The notes below the pieces were generated by a model, which had not been told where the DNA came from, did no database searches, and saw only the letters and a list, made by a program, of their open reading frames with translations. A stretch of DNA of 64,000 nucleotides from an uncultured Solirubrobacterales bacterium (GTDB lineage: Bacteria > Actinomycetota > Thermoleophilia > Solirubrobacterales > Solirubrobacteraceae): NCBI GenBank assembly GCA_963808655.1, contig CAWEGZ010000013.1, forward strand, positions 2,433-66,432, written 5' to 3'. Positions 60,344 to 64,000 of this stretch are shown one piece after another (the stretch's first letter is position 1; each line of letters begins with the position of its first letter). The position numbers and the translations under genes were made by a program.

Positions 60344-61510
60344 GTGAAGACGCTCGACGAGCTGGGGGAGGTGGAAAACCAGCGCGTCCTGGTGCGCGTC
60401 GATTACAACGTCCCACTCGAGGACGGCCGCATCGCGGACGACACGCGCATCCGCGCGTCGCTCCAGACGATCGAAGAGCTTCGAAGCCGCGGCGCGCGCC
60501 TCGTGCTCGTCTCCCACCTGGGTCGTCCCGCTGACCGTGAGCCCGAGCTGTCGCTGCGGCCGACCGCCAATCGTCTGGCCGAGCTGACAGACGCCGACGT
60601 GACCCTCGCGCCGGGCGTCATCGGCGACGACGTGCGGGCCTTCTCGGAAAACCTGGGCTCCGGCGACGTGCTGATGCTTGAGAACGTCCGCTTCGAGCCG
60701 GGCGAGACCAAGAACGATCCCGAATTCGCCGCACGCCTGGCGGAGCTGGCGGACGTCTATGTCGACGACGCCTTCGGTGCCGCTCACCGCGCGCACGCCT
60801 CCACCGTGGGCGTGGCCGAGCTGTTGCCGCGCAGAGCCGCGGGCCGCCTGCTGGAACGCGAGGTGAAAGTGCTCGGCGACTTGCTGAGCGAGCCCCGGCG
60901 GCCGCTTGTGGCGGTGCTCGGCGGCGCCAAGGTGAAGGACAAGATCGGCGTGATCGCTTGCTTCATGGAGCGTGCCGACTCCATCTTGATCGGCGGCGCG
61001 ATGGCCTTTCCGTTCCTATCCGCGCGCGGCCACGATGTCGGCGCCTCGCTGTGCGCGGCGGAGGACGTCGAGCTCGCCAGGGAGCTGCTCGCCCACGAGC
61101 GCGGCGGCATGCTCGAGCTTCCCCGCGACCTGGTGGTCGCGGACACGATGGCTGCCGGCGCGGAGGCTCAGGTGGTCGACGGGCTCGACGTGCCACCGGA
61201 CATGATCGGACTCGACATCGGTCCGCGCACGGCGGCCGCGTACGCGAAGCTGATTGCGGCCGCGGGCACCGTCTTCTGGAACGGGCCGATGGGCGCCTTC
61301 GAACTCGAGCCGTTCGCCGCCGGTACCAGGGCCGTCGCGGGAGCCATCGCCGAGGCGCCCGGCACCACCGTGGCGGGTGGAGGCGACTCGGCCGCGGCCC
61401 TCGCCAAATATGGCCTGGCCGAGCGGCTGACTCACGTCTCGACCGGCGGGGGCGCCGCGCTCGAGTTGCTCGAGGGCCTCACCCTGCCGGGGCTCGAGGC
61501 GCTCCAATGA
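60344..61510 (+). CDS. pgk: Phosphoglycerate kinase
   Basis: RVDYNVP, SHLGRP, LENVRF, WNGPMG, STGGGA. Confidence 0.97.
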   Translation: MKTLDELGEVENQRVLVRVDYNVPLEDGRIADDTRIRASLQTIEELRSRGARLVLVSHLGRPADREPELSLRPTANRLAELTDADVTLAPGVIGDDVRAFSENLGSGDVLMLENVRFEPGETKNDPEFAARLAELADVYVDDAFGAAHRAHASTVGVAELLPRRAAGRLLEREVKVLGDLLSEPRRPLVAVLGGAKVKDKIGVIACFMERADSILIGGAMAFPFLSARGHDVGASLCAAEDVELARELLAHERGGMLELPRDLVVADTMAAGAEAQVVDGLDVPPDMIGLDIGPRTAAAYAKLIAAAGTVFWNGPMGAFELEPFAAGTRAVAGAIAEAPGTTVAGGGDSAAALAKYGLAERLTHVSTGGGAALELLEGLTLPGLEALQ

Positions 61511-62286
61511 GCGCCACGCAAGGCGGCTTCTCGCGGCGGCCGCTCATAGCCGGTAACTGGAAGATGCACAAGACGGCGGCTGAGAGCCGGGAGTTCGTCG
61601 GCCGGCTGCTGTCGCAGCTCCCCGACGGCGACGCGGTCGAGGTGGGTCTCTGTCCACCATTCCTGGCGCTCGCCGCCGTGGTCGAGGCGGTTGCGGGCTC
61701 AGGCGTGAACGTGTACGCGCAGAACATGCACCAGGCCGACGAGGGCGCCTTCACCGGCGAGGTTTCGGCGTCGATGCTCAACGAGGTGGGCGTCGACGGC
61801 GTCATCCTGGGCCACTCGGAGCGACGTGCGCATTTCTGTGAGACGGACCGTGCGCTCGCGCACAAGGTTCCCGCCGCGCTCGAGGCCGGGCTGACCCCGA
61901 TCCTGTGCGTGGGCGAGACCGAGGACGAGCGCGAGCGCGGCGACACCGAGCGCCGGCTGCGGCATCAGGTCCAGGAAGACCTCCAGCGGCTGGAGACCGA
62001 TCGGCTCGCGGAGGTGGTTATCGCCTACGAGCCCGTGTGGGCGATCGGGACCGGCCGGGTGGCCACGGCGGACCAGGCTCAGGAGGCGATCGCCTTCATC
62101 CGCGCGCTGGTCGACGACCGCTCGAGCGAGCAGGGGCGGCGCACGCGCATCCTCTACGGCGGCAGCGTCAATGTCGAGAACGCCGCCGAGCTGCTGGCGC
62201 TCCCCGACATCGATGGAGCGCTGGTAGGCGGCGCGAGCCTCCACGCGGACTCGTTCGCGGCGATCGTGGCCGCCGCGACAACCTGA
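61507..62286 (+). CDS. tpiA: Triosephosphate isomerase
   Basis: AGNWKM, GHSERR, AYEPVWAIGTG, LVGGAS. Confidence 0.97.
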   Translation: MSATQGGFSRRPLIAGNWKMHKTAAESREFVGRLLSQLPDGDAVEVGLCPPFLALAAVVEAVAGSGVNVYAQNMHQADEGAFTGEVSASMLNEVGVDGVILGHSERRAHFCETDRALAHKVPAALEAGLTPILCVGETEDERERGDTERRLRHQVQEDLQRLETDRLAEVVIAYEPVWAIGTGRVATADQAQEAIAFIRALVDDRSSEQGRRTRILYGGSVNVENAAELLALPDIDGALVGGASLHADSFAAIVAAATT

Positions 62287-63821
62287 TGGCGCTTCCGGAT
62301 GGTCCCGCGCGGCTGCCGGTTGCCGCCGTGGCGCTGATCGTGCTCGACGGCTGGGGCCTTGCGCCGGCCGGGCCCGGCAATGCGGTGTCGCAGGCCCGTA
62401 CGCCGGTCTTCGACGAGCTGTGGTCCCGCTACCCGCATACCGAGCTGAGGACGTCGGGTCGATCGGTCGGTCTGCCGGACGGCCAGATGGGTAACTCCGA
62501 GGTCGGCCATCTCAATCTCGGCGCCGGCGCCGTCCTGTTGCAGGACCTGACGAGGATCGACGAGGCGGTCGCGCAAGACGGCCTGACAGCCAACGACGTG
62601 CTGCGTGAGGCCTTCGCGGGCGCGCAGCGACTCCACCTCATCGGGCTCGTCTCCGATGGTGGCGTGCACTCCGGTTTTGGCCACCTCAGGGCGCTGATCG
62701 AGCTGGGCGCGGAGCTGAAGGTCCCGGATCTCGTGCTACACGCCTTCACGGACGGGCGCGACACGTCCCCCGAGGCGGGCGCCGGCTACGTCGAGACAGT
62801 TGAGGGATGGATGCGGGCGGCCGGCGCGGGCCGTGTCGCGTCGGTCGTTGGCCGCTACTACGCGATGGACCGCGACCACCGCTGGGAGCGGGTCCAGGCC
62901 GCCTATGACCTCCTCGTCCACGGCCGCGCGGAGCATCGCGCAGCGAGTGCTGCGGAGGCGGTTCGAGAGGCATATGAGCGCGATCAGAGCGACGAGTTCA
63001 TCAAGCCCGTGCTGGTGGGGGAGGAGGGACGTATCCGTCCGCAGGACACCGTGGTGGCGTTCAACTTCCGCCCTGATCGCATGCGCGAGCTGACGCGCGC
63101 GCTCGCGGACCCCGGCTTCAACGAGATCGACCGCGGTGGCGCCGAACCAGTCGAGAACTACGTGACGATGACCGAATACGAAGCGGGGTGGCCGTATCCG
63201 GTGGCGTTCGCGCCCGAGCGCCCTGCGACCACGCTTCCTGTGGAGTTGGCCCGCCGCGGCCTGCGCCAGCTGCACGTCGCGGAGACTGAGAAGTACCCTC
63301 ACGTGACCTACTTCTTCGCCGGCGGGGAGGAGGACCGGCAAGCGGGCGAGGAGCGCGTGCTGGTGCCCTCGCCGCGCGAGGTTCCCACCTATGACCACAA
63401 GCCCGAGATGAGCGCGCGCGAAGCGGCCAAGGAATTCGCCGCCGCCTGGCGGGACGAGCGGCCGGCCTTCGGCATCATTAACTTCGCCAATCCCGACATG
63501 GTCGGGCACACGGGAGTGATCGAGGCCGCGGTGCGAGCGATCGAGACCGTCGACTCCTGCCTGGGCGAGGTGGTCGCGGCGGTGCACGGCGGCGACGGGG
63601 CGTGCGTGGTGACCGCTGACCACGGCAACGCCGACCACATGCTCGAGCCCGACGGCTCTCCCAATACGGCGCATTCCCTCAACCCGGTGCCGCTGATCGT
63701 GACCGTGCCGGGTGTCGCGCTGCGAGACGCCGGTGTGCTCGCCGACGTCGCGCCGACGGTGCTCGCGCTGCTCGACCTCGAGCAGCCGGCGGCGATGACT
63801 GGGACCTCTCTGATCAGGTAG
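62286..63821 (+). CDS. gpmI: 2,3-bisphosphoglycerate-independent phosphoglycerate mutase
   Basis: LDGWG, MGNSEVGH, GRYYAMDRD, AETEKY, NPDMVGH, TADHGN. Confidence 0.96.
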   Translation: MALPDGPARLPVAAVALIVLDGWGLAPAGPGNAVSQARTPVFDELWSRYPHTELRTSGRSVGLPDGQMGNSEVGHLNLGAGAVLLQDLTRIDEAVAQDGLTANDVLREAFAGAQRLHLIGLVSDGGVHSGFGHLRALIELGAELKVPDLVLHAFTDGRDTSPEAGAGYVETVEGWMRAAGAGRVASVVGRYYAMDRDHRWERVQAAYDLLVHGRAEHRAASAAEAVREAYERDQSDEFIKPVLVGEEGRIRPQDTVVAFNFRPDRMRELTRALADPGFNEIDRGGAEPVENYVTMTEYEAGWPYPVAFAPERPATTLPVELARRGLRQLHVAETEKYPHVTYFFAGGEEDRQAGEERVLVPSPREVPTYDHKPEMSAREAAKEFAAAWRDERPAFGIINFANPDMVGHTGVIEAAVRAIETVDSCLGEVVAAVHGGDGACVVTADHGNADHMLEPDGSPNTAHSLNPVPLIVTVPGVALRDAGVLADVAPTVLALLDLEQPAAMTGTSLIR

Positions 63822-63892
63822 CCCGCGGCACATGTGCCGCGGGCCCGGCCGGAACATGTTCCGGCCGGCGGGCCGGCTCATGAGCCGGCCCG
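63821..63892. repeat. Triple 24-bp perfect palindrome element, copy 2
   Basis: GCCCGCGGCACATGTGCCGCGGGC / CCGGCCGGAACATGTTCCGGCCGG / CGGGCCGGCTCATGAGCCGGCCCG; begins on the last base of the gpmI stop codon. Confidence 0.95.
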
Positions 63893-63906
63893 ATCTCACC
63901 TATAAG

Positions 63907-63935
63907 TTGACAACCAACGACTTAGATTTTATACT
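63907..63935 (+). promoter_or_regulatory. Near-consensus sigma-70/HrdB promoter TTGACA-N17-TATACT
   Basis: TTGACA at 63907-63912, TATACT at 63930-63935. Confidence 0.8.
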
Positions 63936-63976
63936 GCCGCTTGTACCAATAAGGTTTCCTGTCACGGAGGTTTGAG

Positions 63977-64000
63977 ATGGCACTTATCCGCTGGGAGCCG
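63977..64000 (+). CDS. Start of a probable Hsp20/alpha-crystallin small heat-shock protein (runs off the window)
   Basis: GGAGG RBS and MALIRWEP, a typical sHSP N-terminus; only 8 codons are visible. Confidence 0.55.

Overview
High-GC bacterial chromosome segment. It is Actinomycetota-like, and the gene content (gap-pgk-tpiA-gpmI operon, F420-type oxidoreductases, furA-katG, actinomycete-type gvp cluster) suggests a deep-branching lineage such as Thermoleophilia/Solirubrobacterales; this is inference. Layout: (1) about 1-15.3 kb, a patchwork of single accessory genes around typA, with long intergenic spacers, bulged hairpins and strong local G+T/A+C strand skew; (2) about 15-27 kb, transport, aromatic-catabolism and redox genes; (3) 27.9-36.2 kb, a coxSLM-DEFG-mocA molybdo-hydroxylase cluster that is not form I CO dehydrogenase and has a frameshifted M subunit; (4) gpgS, MFS, Crp, ABC-F, furA-katG and uvrC; (5) 48.6-57.8 kb, a gas-vesicle island with SigB/SigF-type promoters and two SRPBCC paralogues with long charged tails, lying between uvrC and rapZ; (6) rapZ, glycolytic genes and the start of a probable Hsp20. 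The most striking unexplained signal is a 72-bp element of three abutting perfect 24-bp CATG-centred palindromes, present twice (27147-27218 and 63821-63892), in which all 12 differences between copies are mirror-compensated. I saw no rRNA, tRNA, CRISPR array, transposase or integrase. All calls were made by eye from motifs, with no database searches.
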